Part shown: positions 49,575 through 60,854 of the stretch, piece by piece
Position numbering within the stretch: the stretch's first letter is position 1
How the letters are laid out: each line of letters starts with the position of its first letter
Assembly (NCBI GenBank): GCA_051942205.1
Contig: JAVECO010000097.1
Location: 1-64,000 of the forward strand
Length of the DNA stretch: 64,000 nt
Direction: 5' to 3'
Source of the DNA: Coniocarpon cinnabarinum
Lineage: Eukaryota
Made by a program: the position numbers and the translations under genes
Notes under the pieces: generated by a model
Told to the model about the DNA's origin: nothing
Database searches by the model: none
What the model saw: only the letters and a program-made list of their open reading frames with translations

Positions 49575-50078
49575 CAACCTCTGTAATACGCAAAGCCCCT
49601 CTCTCTTACCTTTAATTTCTGACACTTCTTATCTTACAAGCTTACTTATCAAGTCTTTAGCTCTGTCTATCAAAAATTCGAACAGCCGTAACTTAGTTAA
49701 CATATCTATTTTACTCCTACAAGGTTAGACAAAGAGCAAGAGCATACAGAGTACAGTAGGCCACCTTAATCCGATAACATAGTATTAGGCAGAAGTACTA
49801 TGTTATCTCTAACCTCATATAGACTAGAACTTAGGCTTTTTAGTCGGTCAGACTACGCGGGAAGACAAGCAGCAAGATACATTAAAATCTTACGCTTTCG
49901 CGAAAGAGACTAGGCTTAAGATGTATAAAAAATTTTATGTATAGAAGGAATGCACATAAATTAGGACGATCTATAAAAATCTTTTTACTATCTTTATACT
50001 ATCTTGTATCTGGGAGGGGCTAGCAATCTCTTTGTAGATTATATATTATGCATGTCCAAAGTACAAATTACCCCAGTG

Positions 50079-50260
50079 GAAGAACGGGGCCGGCTGCCCA
50101 GTGGTAAAGTTGTCTGGCCAACAACTCTGCCACGCCGCGCTCTAGTGCATGGTTCTACACGAACTTCGGTTCGCAAGTTGTTCGAAGCACGTTAAAGGTA
50201 AACTTCCAGGGCGGAGCGCCAGGTTCGACTCCTGGATTATCTAGACAAACATTTTTTTTT
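50079..50260 (+). ncRNA. Putative Pol III structured ncRNA, copy B (paralogue of copy A)
   Basis: A-box-like CTGCCCAGTGG 50094-50104. Perfect T-arm CCAGG-TTCGACT-CCTGG 50219-50235. cUUCGg hairpin 50160-50173. T9 terminator 50252-50260. 32/44 ungapped identity to the 5' end of copy A. Confidence 0.6.
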
Positions 50261-50643
50261 CCCTTTTCGCAAATAGTCCAATGTTTTAGCTTTGCATTGC
50301 TCTTGCTCCACACACCCTAAATTTCAAATTCACGATAAGTTTGCTGGTTCATTCTACCCAATGAATGCAAAATCATCGTAAGATGGGTTTCCCTGTCAGC
50401 ACTCACTCTCACAGCTTTGTCGCAACACGGAAATCTTGTTCGCCAGTTGAAAATGTTTCATCAGAATCAAGCATTCTCCCTAGCTCACGATTAAAAGACA
50501 AAGTAGTGAGTACTACGATACTTCATTCATGCGCTAGTTTAGGTGCTTATATAGATAGGGTGCTATGATCACGCACTGAGTTCAGACAAGTCGATACCAT
50601 GGAGGAGGATGTACAAAGCTTGCAGCACAACCACAGGTCATCT

Positions 50644-52299
50644 TCAAACATCGTCCTCCTTCGCATCAACCGCGAATGTCAGCTGTCGCTCCTCACGACC
50701 TCTCGAATCTAACGACTGGATGCGGTATTTCCCACCATCCCACAAATCCTTCATGGTCAGCTCTCTTGTGCGGCCAAGTGACTCAATCGCAGAGATGCGG
50801 TCTAGCGTCTTCTGCAGATAATCATCGAAATCTGGTTGTGTGCAGACTTCTCGAAAAGCTCGCTGCATTGGCACTGAGTCTGCCCGGACTAGGGCTCTAG
50901 CATTGATGGTGAAGATGTTGCGACCATCATAGTCTTGAATGAAGTCAGCACGTGTCATTATCTGACGTGCTTCATGAAGAGGAATTTGAGGAAGCTCATA
51001 GCCAGCATGGGAATCATAGCTAACCTCGGCATCCCTCTCTCGCTCGACAAGGGCTTTTGCCAGCACCATGGCAGCAGAAGCATACTTTTGCTGATCCATC
51101 ACGTCGTCGTCCATCTCTTCGCCGAGAATACCACACTGCGTCAGGAACCAGGTCTTCTCATGTTCGTTGATGACATCACAAACCTTAAGCATGTCGGACT
51201 CCTTAGCAGCGCGCGCTAGAAAAGCAAGCCGGCCACCAAGCCGATTGTACACCTCCTCCAGCAATGGAAGGGGAGTGTCCTCTGCGTAATACTGATGCCG
51301 CATCTTTCGCAGAGCTTCCAGAGATTTTTGCTTCGAAAGATCCTTGACTTGGAGGACCTCCATGCGGACCGCATGTTGCTTAAGGCGCTCATAGACCCAG
51401 TAGTCATCGGAATTGAGAACCACCGTGCAGATATTGCTCGCGCACCACTGCTCGGCTTTTTGTTGGATCAGCTCCAGAAGATTGCGTCCGTTGTCGTCGT
51501 CTCGAACGAGGTGCAACGCATTGATGATGACAATTAGCGGACGTCGCCCAGCATTACGCCGTCGAAGAGCAACCTTCTCGAATTTGTTGAACGCCCGCTC
51601 AATGTCAAGCAAAGCTGAAGCGTCACGAGGCCCCCTGATGGAGAAGAGACTACCAATGTTGTCTTCGTGAAACTCGAAGTCCAAAGCTCGGCCCAAGCGA
51701 ATGCGAAATATCTCAATATCCTGATGGGCATCGAACATGGAAATGCAGTCGCCATTGACCTTCTGCATGGCCTCCAAAATCATGCTCGATTTCCCAGTGC
51801 CCTTCTCGCCAATCAACAAAAAGTAATGGCCTTGATCGCTACCATCAATGATAGCGTCTATCTGAGGTTGCTCATCGCGCTGTATCCTATGAGCCGGTGA
51901 TGCTTCCCCAGGCCCTGTATTTGCCAGTTCCAAGTAGGGATCTCCGGGGTTAAAGGCGTTTTCGATCTTCTGAAGCACGAGATACTTGTAATACTTGGTG
52001 TAGCCATAGCCGACGAGACCGAGAATAGTGATCGAAGCCCCAGTCGTCAAAGCACTCTCCGCCATCTTGTGGGCTGTCGATTTCCACTGCGCCTTTGAGA
52101 AAGGCTCGTCAGAGGTTTCAGTGGGGTCGGGTATCGGTCCTTGGGGTCCAGGCTGACCAGAGCCGCCATTGAGCCACCGGCGACGATCTGGACGAGGGCA
52201 TCTTGCTCGCCACGATCTGGCTGAGGCCACTGGGAATGGCTGTGCGGATCTGCAGTGTCGTAGCAGGGGCGGGGCTCTGGCACATGTGTGGTGTGACAT
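50644..52299 (-). CDS. P-loop (AAA/ATPase_2-like) protein with probable mitochondrial targeting peptide and one TM helix
   Basis: Arg-rich, acid-poor N-terminus, TM segment ASITILGLVGYGY, Walker A GEKGTGKS, and the LGGRL motif. Confidence 0.8.
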   Translation of the reverse strand: MSHHTCARAPPLLRHCRSAQPFPVASARSWRARCPRPDRRRWLNGGSGQPGPQGPIPDPTETSDEPFSKAQWKSTAHKMAESALTTGASITILGLVGYGYTKYYKYLVLQKIENAFNPGDPYLELANTGPGEASPAHRIQRDEQPQIDAIIDGSDQGHYFLLIGEKGTGKSSMILEAMQKVNGDCISMFDAHQDIEIFRIRLGRALDFEFHEDNIGSLFSIRGPRDASALLDIERAFNKFEKVALRRRNAGRRPLIVIINALHLVRDDDNGRNLLELIQQKAEQWCASNICTVVLNSDDYWVYERLKQHAVRMEVLQVKDLSKQKSLEALRKMRHQYYAEDTPLPLLEEVYNRLGGRLAFLARAAKESDMLKVCDVINEHEKTWFLTQCGILGEEMDDDVMDQQKYASAAMVLAKALVERERDAEVSYDSHAGYELPQIPLHEARQIMTRADFIQDYDGRNIFTINARALVRADSVPMQRAFREVCTQPDFDDYLQKTLDRISAIESLGRTRELTMKDLWDGGKYRIQSLDSRGREERQLTFAVDAKEDDV

Positions 52300-52445
52300 T
52301 ACGCGTATATGGATCAGAACCCAAGGAATACACAGAAGCTGAGCAGTGTTATGCCTGAACTAGGCCGTACTAATCCAATCTGTATAGTCCAAAAACGCCG
52401 AACACCATCCCAACGGTGCTATCGTCTCATAGCACAATGCGCAAA

Positions 52446-52630
52446 GTCACGTGTAACCTCGCGACCGCGCCAAATCATGCGCAGACTTGCAGCGCTCTGA
52501 CTAAAGACGGTGCAATCGCTCTAGAGGAAAGGGGATGAAACAGCCGCGACGCATGCATGCGCAGGAGGACTCTGGTAAGATAGCGGGCGGAGGGCCAGCT
52601 AGGGGCAGACCATGTCACGTGTGTCACGTG
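52446..52630. promoter_or_regulatory. Cluster of GTCACGTG E-box motifs in a divergent promoter
   Basis: GTCACGTG at 52446, 52614 and 52623 between the ATPase gene and CLU1. This is the bHLH (Cbf1-type) consensus. Confidence 0.45.
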
Positions 52631-52993
52631 CGTGCTTTCGAGGGTTGCGGCCTGCCAAGTCGGGCATCCAAAACTCGGTGAAAGTCGGAAAGCCGGGCCG
52701 AGACATTGGAGAGACAAGCTACCTAAGGGAAAAAAAGTTTCAGAGCTCGCTTGTTTCCTCGCGCGCCGACCGTGTCCATCATTACAGTACATTACTCTTA
52801 CATTGTTGCTCTCGCTTTGCATAATACTTTCTGTCTGCGCACCTTCTTCATCGACGGTTCCTGCTCATTCCTTACATTACCTTCATTCAGACTCTTTTGT
52901 ATTTCAGCCGGATCTGAGCGGCCACCTGCTGTATATTCCGCCCTGTACTTTTAGTCGATTGCCTATTATATTGTCTAATTCTCCTCTCTTCTC

Positions 52994-55900
52994 ATGGCAG
53001 AGTCCGCTCCTGTTATCAAAGGTACAGTGGGCTGCGTCTTGGTACCCTCACTTCCTTGCTTGATGTATCTGACGCATTGATCTAGTTAACGATGAGAACC
53101 CTCAGGACTCTTTGGCGGTGGTGAAGGAAGCTCAACCTGACGCGGCTCAGTCGGCAGACAGTGCGCGCAAGCAAGCACTTTGACCCATATGTGCCGCTGC
53201 TAAATCAATGCAACAGATACCTTTCAAGTCACAGTTCAGCTTCCTCATCCTCCCTACAAGACACAGACCATCGTACGTCTCCGACTTCATCCGAGACGTT
53301 GCTTTTTCGCTTATCAGCATTAGGTGTCCACCCAAGACCAGGCTCAGGACATCCGACAGTCCATTACAGATGCTGTTCATACCTTTCAATACTCCTGCTT
53401 CCACCTCGAAGTCAGCGGAAGAAGAATACCTGAGTTTGTTGACCTCTCTCAAGTAGAGGGCATAAAACCAGACGCACAGTTGACCCTGGTCGAAGACCCA
53501 TACACAGAAAAGGATGCACGGTTGCATGTTTTGCGTGTGCGTGAGCTTGTTGGGGCAATCAGTGACCGGACAGATGTCGTTCATGGTATCCAGGCAGGTC
53601 TGACCCTCCACGATGACGTTGCTAAGCCACAACCGGCGGCTCAGCCGAACGGCTCTACACACGCGCTGAGCGACTGCGATCTTGCATCTCCTCCGAAGTT
53701 TGATACTCTTCTGCAACCTCAACACGATCCACCCCCTAAGCCAGTCAGTTCGATCAGCGTATCGCCATGGAATCCGCCGCCTTATCATTTGCGGTCCCGT
53801 GGGCATCTGCTCTACATTCACATTGTGACGTTGGAAGGAGAACATTTCCATGTTACTGCTCATGTGACCGGCTTCTATGTCAACAAGTCAACGACTGGCA
53901 AGTTCGATCCCACGCCTCGAACAGTTCCGAAGGCATCGAGCGCTCATTCGCTGCTTACCCTCCTGTCTAAGATATCTCCGGGTTTTGACGGAACGTTCAA
54001 GTCTTTACAGGTCGTGAACGGACCATCCTCGAAGGACCCTCTCAGTTCATTTCCACTCTCAAACGCGCTTCCTGCCAACCCTTGGATCATCTCACCATCT
54101 GTGACGAAAGCATCTGAGCATCAGCCTGACATCACTCGAACGCAGGAGAGCTTTCTCGTGAATGGCGCAGACAACGCCGAAACGCTACGAGATTGGAACG
54201 AGGAATTCCAAACCACTCGTGAGCTGCCCAAAGAGACTGTGCAAGACCGAGTGTTCAGGGAACGTGTGACCTCGAAGTTGTTCGCAGACTATAATGAGGC
54301 CGCGGCGCTGGGCGCCATCCTCATCGCCCGCGGTGAGGTGGCGCCACTTAATCCCACCGAGCCTCCTGACGCACAGATTTTCGTCTACAACAATGTGTTC
54401 TATTCTTTCGGCGCCGATGGCGTAGGGACTTTTGCGAGCGAAGGCGGGGATGAAGCTGCCAGGGTGGCAACTGGCAAAGATGTCATGGGTGTCAAGACTG
54501 TAAATCAGCTAGATGTGCAGGATCTTGCTGCCCCTGGGACAGCTGTCATCGACTATCTTGGTAAGCGAATAGTGGCTCAAAGTATTGTCCCTGGGATATT
54601 CAAGCAACGGGAGCCTGGCGAGCAACAGATTGACTATGGTGGCGTCGAAGGCAAGGAAGTGGTTGCCAAGAATGACACATTCGCACCGCTTTTCGAGAAG
54701 ATGTCGAAGGCTTTACGTGTCAAAAAGCATCCAGTCTGGGACAAGAATGGCGAACGCTATGATCTTGAAAGCAGTATTGAGACGAAGGGCTTGCTTGGCA
54801 CCGACGGGCGGCGTTATGTCCTTGACTTGTACCGCATAACGCCGGTTGACGTGCATTGGATACACACCTACTGTGAGAATAGTGCTCAGTCTGAAGGCAC
54901 CACGGCCAACGAGTACCCGCACAAGATGTGTGTCCTCAGACCAGAACTTATAGAAGGGTACTGGAGGATGAAACTGGCTGAGTATGTGAAGACAGAAGTA
55001 GCCAAACGATCGGGACCTGGTACTGCAGAGGCACCAGTAGATAGTGACGTGAGCACGAGGACTGAGGTTCAACAGTCAAGTGATGAGGACAAACAACAAG
55101 AGCAATCCAAGGCGAAAGAGCAGGATCCCGTTGACGTTTCTGGATTCCATTTTGCACTCAACCCCGACGTTTTTTGTGGTCAACAACCGCAAACATTGGA
55201 AGAGAAGGAGTCTTGGGCCGAAGATGAGAAAGATGTTCGCGCTGTGTCTGACTGGTTGCTCAATGAAGTTATACCTCGCCTAATTCAAGATTTGAATGAA
55301 GGTGAGGTTGGCTTCCCAATGGACGGTCAATCCTTGAGCAGCGCGCTCCACAAGCGTGGTATCAATATTCGATACCTTGGCGTCATTGCACAACTTTTGG
55401 ACCGAACAGACCATCGGCGGCAAGCTCTCAAAGCCTTGGTCGAGCAGGAAATGATCTCACGTTCATTCAAGCACGTGGCCAGCTATTACCTACGAAGCAC
55501 GCCGGCACCGCTTGCAAGTTCTTGCATTGCGCATCTCCTCAACTGTCTCCTCGGCTGGAACGTCTCACAGCATCCGACTGTGGAGATCGATCTAAATACC
55601 AAAGCGCTGTATGCATGCGAAGCTTTGGAATTCGAAAGTGTGACACCTGCATCGCTCCAAACAGAGGTGTCAGGCCAGGTCAGCCTTCGTTATCGCTATC
55701 AGCTCAACAAAGCATGGGTTGAGCGGATGAAGCCTATACAGATGTTGAGAGAGGTTTCTTTGAAGCTTGGCCTTCAGCTCGCAGCACGAGAGTTCATCTT
55801 TCAACCGCGCGAGCTCACGCCGAACGGAGAATTGCAGGATGGCGTGACAAACGGCGGCTTGTCGCCGTCTGCAAATGGACATGCTTCGAATAGCGGTAAG

Positions 55901-56965
55901 AAGAAGAAAAAGGGATCGTCTCCAAACAGGCAAATCGCACAGCAAAGTTCCACGTCTAACCAAACGTTTCATGTTGATGACATTTACAACATTGTACCTG
56001 TCATCAAAGAAGCAGCGCCGCGAAGTGTGCTTGCAGAAGAAGCGTTCGAAGCTGGCCGCATCTCAGTTGCCCAGAACCAGCGAGAGCTTGGCCAGGAGCT
56101 CTTACTGGAGTCCCTCTCCCTCCATGAGCAGATTTACGGCATTCTACACGCCGAAGTTGCGCGGGCGTACTATCAGTTGTCGTCGCTCTTCTACGGCCTG
56201 GATGATAAGGCGATTGCTGTGGAACTTGCACGCAAAGCAGTCATTGTTTCTGAGCGGACCCTCGGTATCGACTCTCACGAAACACTGCTCGCGTACCTCA
56301 ATCTTGGCCTCTTCGAGCACGCAGCTGGCAATTCCATGCTCGCCTTGACATATGTCAGGCACGCGTTAGACGTCTGGAAGATTATTTACGGTCCGTCACA
56401 TCCTGATTCTATCACAACTCTCAATAATGCCGCGGTCATGTTGCAACATTTGAAGCTCTACCGAGATTCAAGGATATGGTTTGAGGCTTCTCTAGTCACA
56501 TCTCAGCGCGTGTCTGGGCCCCAGTCGGTCAACACTGCAACCCTCTTGTTCCAATTAGCTCAAGCGCTCGCGCTTGACCAAGACTCCAAGGGAGCCGTCG
56601 CGCGAATGAGGGAAGCATACAACATTTTCCACTCTCAGCTGGGACCATCTGACCGAAACACCAAAGAAGCCGAGACCTGGCTCGAGAACTTGACGCAAAA
56701 TGCCGTCAGCATTGCTAAACATGCCAAGGACGTGCAAGCTCGACGCTTCAGACGCTTCAATTACCTGTCACCTGGAGTCACGCTCGGGACACGACCCCAG
56801 CCGCCTTCTTCACAGTTACACCCTCCAGCCTCGAATGCGGCTGTCAGCGGTGCGCGGTTAGACGAGCGGAGTGTTGATGAATTGATGAAATACATTGAGG
56901 GGGGAGAGGGTGCGAAACAGACTACACCCAAGAAACGCCCCGCGCACCCGAGGAGGCGAAGATGA
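52994..56965 (+). CDS. CLU1: Clustered mitochondria protein (Clu1/Tif31)
   Basis: SPWNPPPYHLR..GHLLY, RDWNEEFQ, DYLGKRIVAQSIVPGI, GTDGRRYVLDLYR, HKRGINIRYLG and C-terminal TPRs. Short 5' exons from ATG 52994. Confidence 0.96.
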
Positions 56966-57654
56966 AGCTCTAGTCCCAACTCCGCCATGAATATATATAG
57001 TCTACATGAATTTTTGTTGCATTGCGTTGGCGTCAAGAGAGGGACTTTGATGGAGGGCCCTATTTGGCATGTACAGAGTGTTGCAGTGTAGGAGGTAACT
57101 GTAGAATATGATCTCGCCGCTCACAGGACAACCACACCTCACCATTCATCCCATTGCAGCAAGGAAGAGCGGAGTGTTTGCACATCTGTCCGGTAGCACC
57201 ACTCGAGTATGGGGAAGCGTAGCTGGGGAGACGGGACGACGGGATGAATGCTGCACGTGACAGTCGATGACCGTGCGTCACGTGTTAGTCTCCAGCGCGA
57301 CGACAGCCAAACAACGTCAAGGTGACAAGCGCCCACTGTCGACCGCCTACTCATGCTCCTTCTGCTCCTCCTCCGCTCGGTATAGACGCTCTCGTACCTC
57401 TCCATCACCCTTGACTGCGTCTCGTTTCCAGCACACGCTGAGCACGACCCTGCCATCCCAGAGTCCGTGCCTTCCTGCGCTCGCCAACCCATGTCGGAGC
57501 CCATACCTTGATCCTCCGCCAGTCCTTGCATCTTTCCTCCCCTCCTCTGGACCGTCCTGCTCTTGCGGCGCACATGGCGATGCAACGAGCACAATAGCTC
57601 CTGCGCTCCTCGTCGCCCGATCAGACGGCTGTGCATCTCACGCCAGCGTCCTTC

Positions 57655-60298
57655 ATGGCTCCGCTCAGCGCCCAACCTGCCCAGCAATTGCGCCAGCTGA
57701 TCTGGTACCATCTTGATAATGAACTCGTCGACAACGCCACCTTTCTCGCCGGTCGTCTCCATGCATATGATGCGCGCAATCCAGAGTCAATTCAGATCCT
57801 CGCTCTCTGCTATCTCCGATCTGGTCAACTCAGGATTGCATATGACTGCTGCCGTCCCGTCATTCAGAAGAGAGATCATCCGGGCTGCGCATACGTCTTT
57901 GCGCAAGCCTGTCTCGGGCTCGAGCGATATCAAGAAGGCATCACCATTTTGGAGCGATCAAGGGCGACATGGGAGAGCAGAGCACCCCTGGGTCAGCCAC
58001 AGACCATTTCGTGCAATAGACGGACTCTTCTACTGACACTGGCTTTAGGCAAGTGCGACTCCGCAAGAAGGCCAACGCCCGACGCTGCAGCGTTTCACTG
58101 CGTGCTCGGGAAGCTAGAGCAAGGTAACGGTGACAGACAGAAAGCCATAAATTCTTACGCCGCTGCTTTGAAACTCAATCCGTTCATGTGGGACGCCTAC
58201 GAGCGGCTTTGCGATTTGGGTGAATAGATCTCCCACCTCAAATCACATTAATCCCTCTGACGAAGAAGCAGGTGCATCTATCAGACCGTCTAATGTCTTT
58301 AGGGAAAGTCATCTCTCTGCTTCCTTCCTTATGGCTTTTGACACCGCTCCGCCACCCAAGCTCGGTGTTCCTGTGCCAGAAACAAGGCAAGCGTCTTCAC
58401 GGCCACAATCGCAAGCCAACCCGCAAATACAAATCAGCCAAGCATCAGATCCATTCAACGTATCCAAGTCACAGCCTGAGAGCCACGCTGACCCCGAGGC
58501 AATCGATCTCCTTCCCAAAACTTCCAAGGCCATGAACCATGGCCCCACTTCCCAGCCTTCTCTAATGGAGACGCCGCCAAGCTTAGCTGCGAATGACACT
58601 GTGGCGGGGTTGCCAAACTTGCGCACAAATGGTCTTCCGCCTGCGGAGCCTCCAATGGCTCCGTTGCGCAGGTCCCGCACCCAGGCTTCAGTCTCCGAGT
58701 CACAAGGAGGTGCCGATCTAGCCAAGCTTAGGTCGGCAGCAGGAAAGCTGAACAGCAAGGAAGGTCCCAGCGAATCATGCGAATCCGAAGAGCCGAAAAA
58801 AAGTAGTCTCCTGCCACCCAGACACTCGAAACGCACCATTTCAGGTAATGATGCAAGCGCAAAGACACAAGTTCACTCAAACGACTATGCAGCCCTTGGG
58901 CAACGGCGCAGCGTCCGTCTGACTAAAAAAGCCCCGCTGCCGCATGTAGCGGAAGGTGAACCTGATCATAAGAAGGTCAAAGCCACAGGTACCCGTGGTC
59001 GCGTCCCAGCAACATCCACGGTAGGCCGCATAGTAAGCGGCAACAGGAAGCCGCCGGAGCATCCGCTGCCAGAAAATGCGAAACACCTCCGCCCGCAACC
59101 TGCAAGCAACATCAGCTCAGCCACTCTCGCACCTCCTGACACTACCGCCAATGACGTTTCTATACCACAGCGTTCGCGCTCAGACCCTCTCCAAGAGGCC
59201 GACGTGACCTCAAACATTTCACATCTCCTCGACTTAGTGAGGCCCCTAGCACAAGCATATTACGAGCTCGCCAAATACAACCCTCAGCAGGTCGTTGCAA
59301 TCCTGTCGGCTCTTCCCGGATATCAACGTGAGACACCGTTTGTTCAGATTTTAATGGGCCGCGCGCATCTGGATCTCAATAGCTACGCCGCAGCTGCGAC
59401 GTCGTTCGCGCGTGTGAGGCAGCTCGTGCCCTCACAGACTCAGCACATGGAAGTCTATTCGATCGCCCTGTGGCATCAAAAGCTGGACACGGAGCTCGCC
59501 TTTCTATCACATGAGCTTGTTGAGAGCGCGCGTCTAGCGCCCCAGTCCTGGTGCTGCCTCGGCAACTCTTTCTCGCTGCAGCGTGATCACGACAATGCAA
59601 TTAAGTGCTTCCGTCGGGCCTCACAACTTGATCCCAAGGCTCCATATCCATGGCGACTACTAGGTCATGAGTACTTTGCCGCCGAGGATCTGGAAAAGGC
59701 CTCACAAAGCTACAGGAAAGCCGTGGCGGTAGACAAGCGTCACTATCAAGGCTGGTACGGCTTGGGTCGCGTGTATGAGCGTCACGGTCGTTTCGATCTT
59801 GCCGAACGGCATTACCGCCTCGCGTTCGATATCAACCCTCGCAGTGACGTGCTGGCCTGTTGTATCGGCACGGTCCAAGACAAGCAAGGCAACAACGCCG
59901 CTGCACTGTCTACCTATGAGGACGCCGTGAAGCTCGCACCTCGTAACGCAATAGCACGTTTCAAACTGGGCAGATCCATGCTCCGTCTGCGACGATATGA
60001 AGAGGCGCTGAATGCATTTCTTACGCTGAAAGATCAGGCGCCAGAAGAAGCCAACGTGCACTTCATGCTTGGCCGAGTATATAGGATGCTGGGTCAGAAG
60101 GCAGATGCGGTGCGATGCCTCAGCAATGCGTTGGGACTGGATCCCAAGGTGAGTACTGACCCTAGCGCTTCCACGGGAGAAAGCCTTGTTCTAACTATTG
60201 TTCAGGCCGCACCCTTGATCAAAGACGCGATGGAAGCTCTTGGTGAAGAAGACGACGAGATGATAGAGGCAGAGGATGAAGACGAGGACATGGGCTAA
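57655..60298 (+). CDS. CDC27: APC/C subunit Cdc27/Apc3 (bimA)
   Basis: QLRQLIWYHLDN..NATFLAGRL, LNPFMWDAYE, MEVYSIALWHQK, SWCCLGNSFSLQRDHDNAIKCFRRA and a TPR array. Several introns. Confidence 0.95.
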
Positions 60299-60854
60299 CG
60301 AGGGAAACGCTGGGGATGAGCCTGGCACACGGTGTTCTGATTCCAAATCACGTGGTACGCTGAATGATGTTCGCCCAACGATTGGTTCAAAACGGCATTA
60401 TATGGAAGTTCGCGGAGCATCTCACAGTCCAAAGATAAGGCAGTGGACACGGATGGGCGACCTGCATTTGCATCAGCAGTAGTGGCGTTGAGTTATGAAA
60501 CCTTACTATACACCTAGTGCCTGTCCAGGCCCTGTGCCTGTCGGAGGCAATGATAATTGATCACCTCCGCAAAACTTATGGGACGCGAGTCTTGTAAAGT
60601 GTCCACATTGATCGAAGTTGTCACGTAGGGTGCGCTGGACGGTGAAGATGCCATTCCACTCCGTAGCCCTGCCGAACTTTGGCAATATGTGGGCCATGAC
60701 TCGGTCGCCGGCGATATAGGAGTGTTTTGGTAAACAAACACCTCTCAAGCGTCCCCTCAACCACATACTTCAACCAAAGCATACATATATTGGCTCATTC
60801 TGACGTGCATGGTTTGGAAAGCAGCGTTTCAGATAATTCAGCGTTAATATTCGC

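Noticed and set aside
49841..49930. Group I intron R/S-like words (CAGACTACGCGGG ... CTTAAGATGTA)
   Set aside because: The S-like word lacks TAGTC so P7 cannot form, and GACTA is explained by a local hairpin.
50088..50216. HDV-like ribozyme (starts GGCCGGC; CTGCCC can pair with GGGCGG)
   Set aside because: Lacks the L3 pyrimidines and J1/4 GG needed for P1.1 and lacks a clear P3. At most an alternative pairing.
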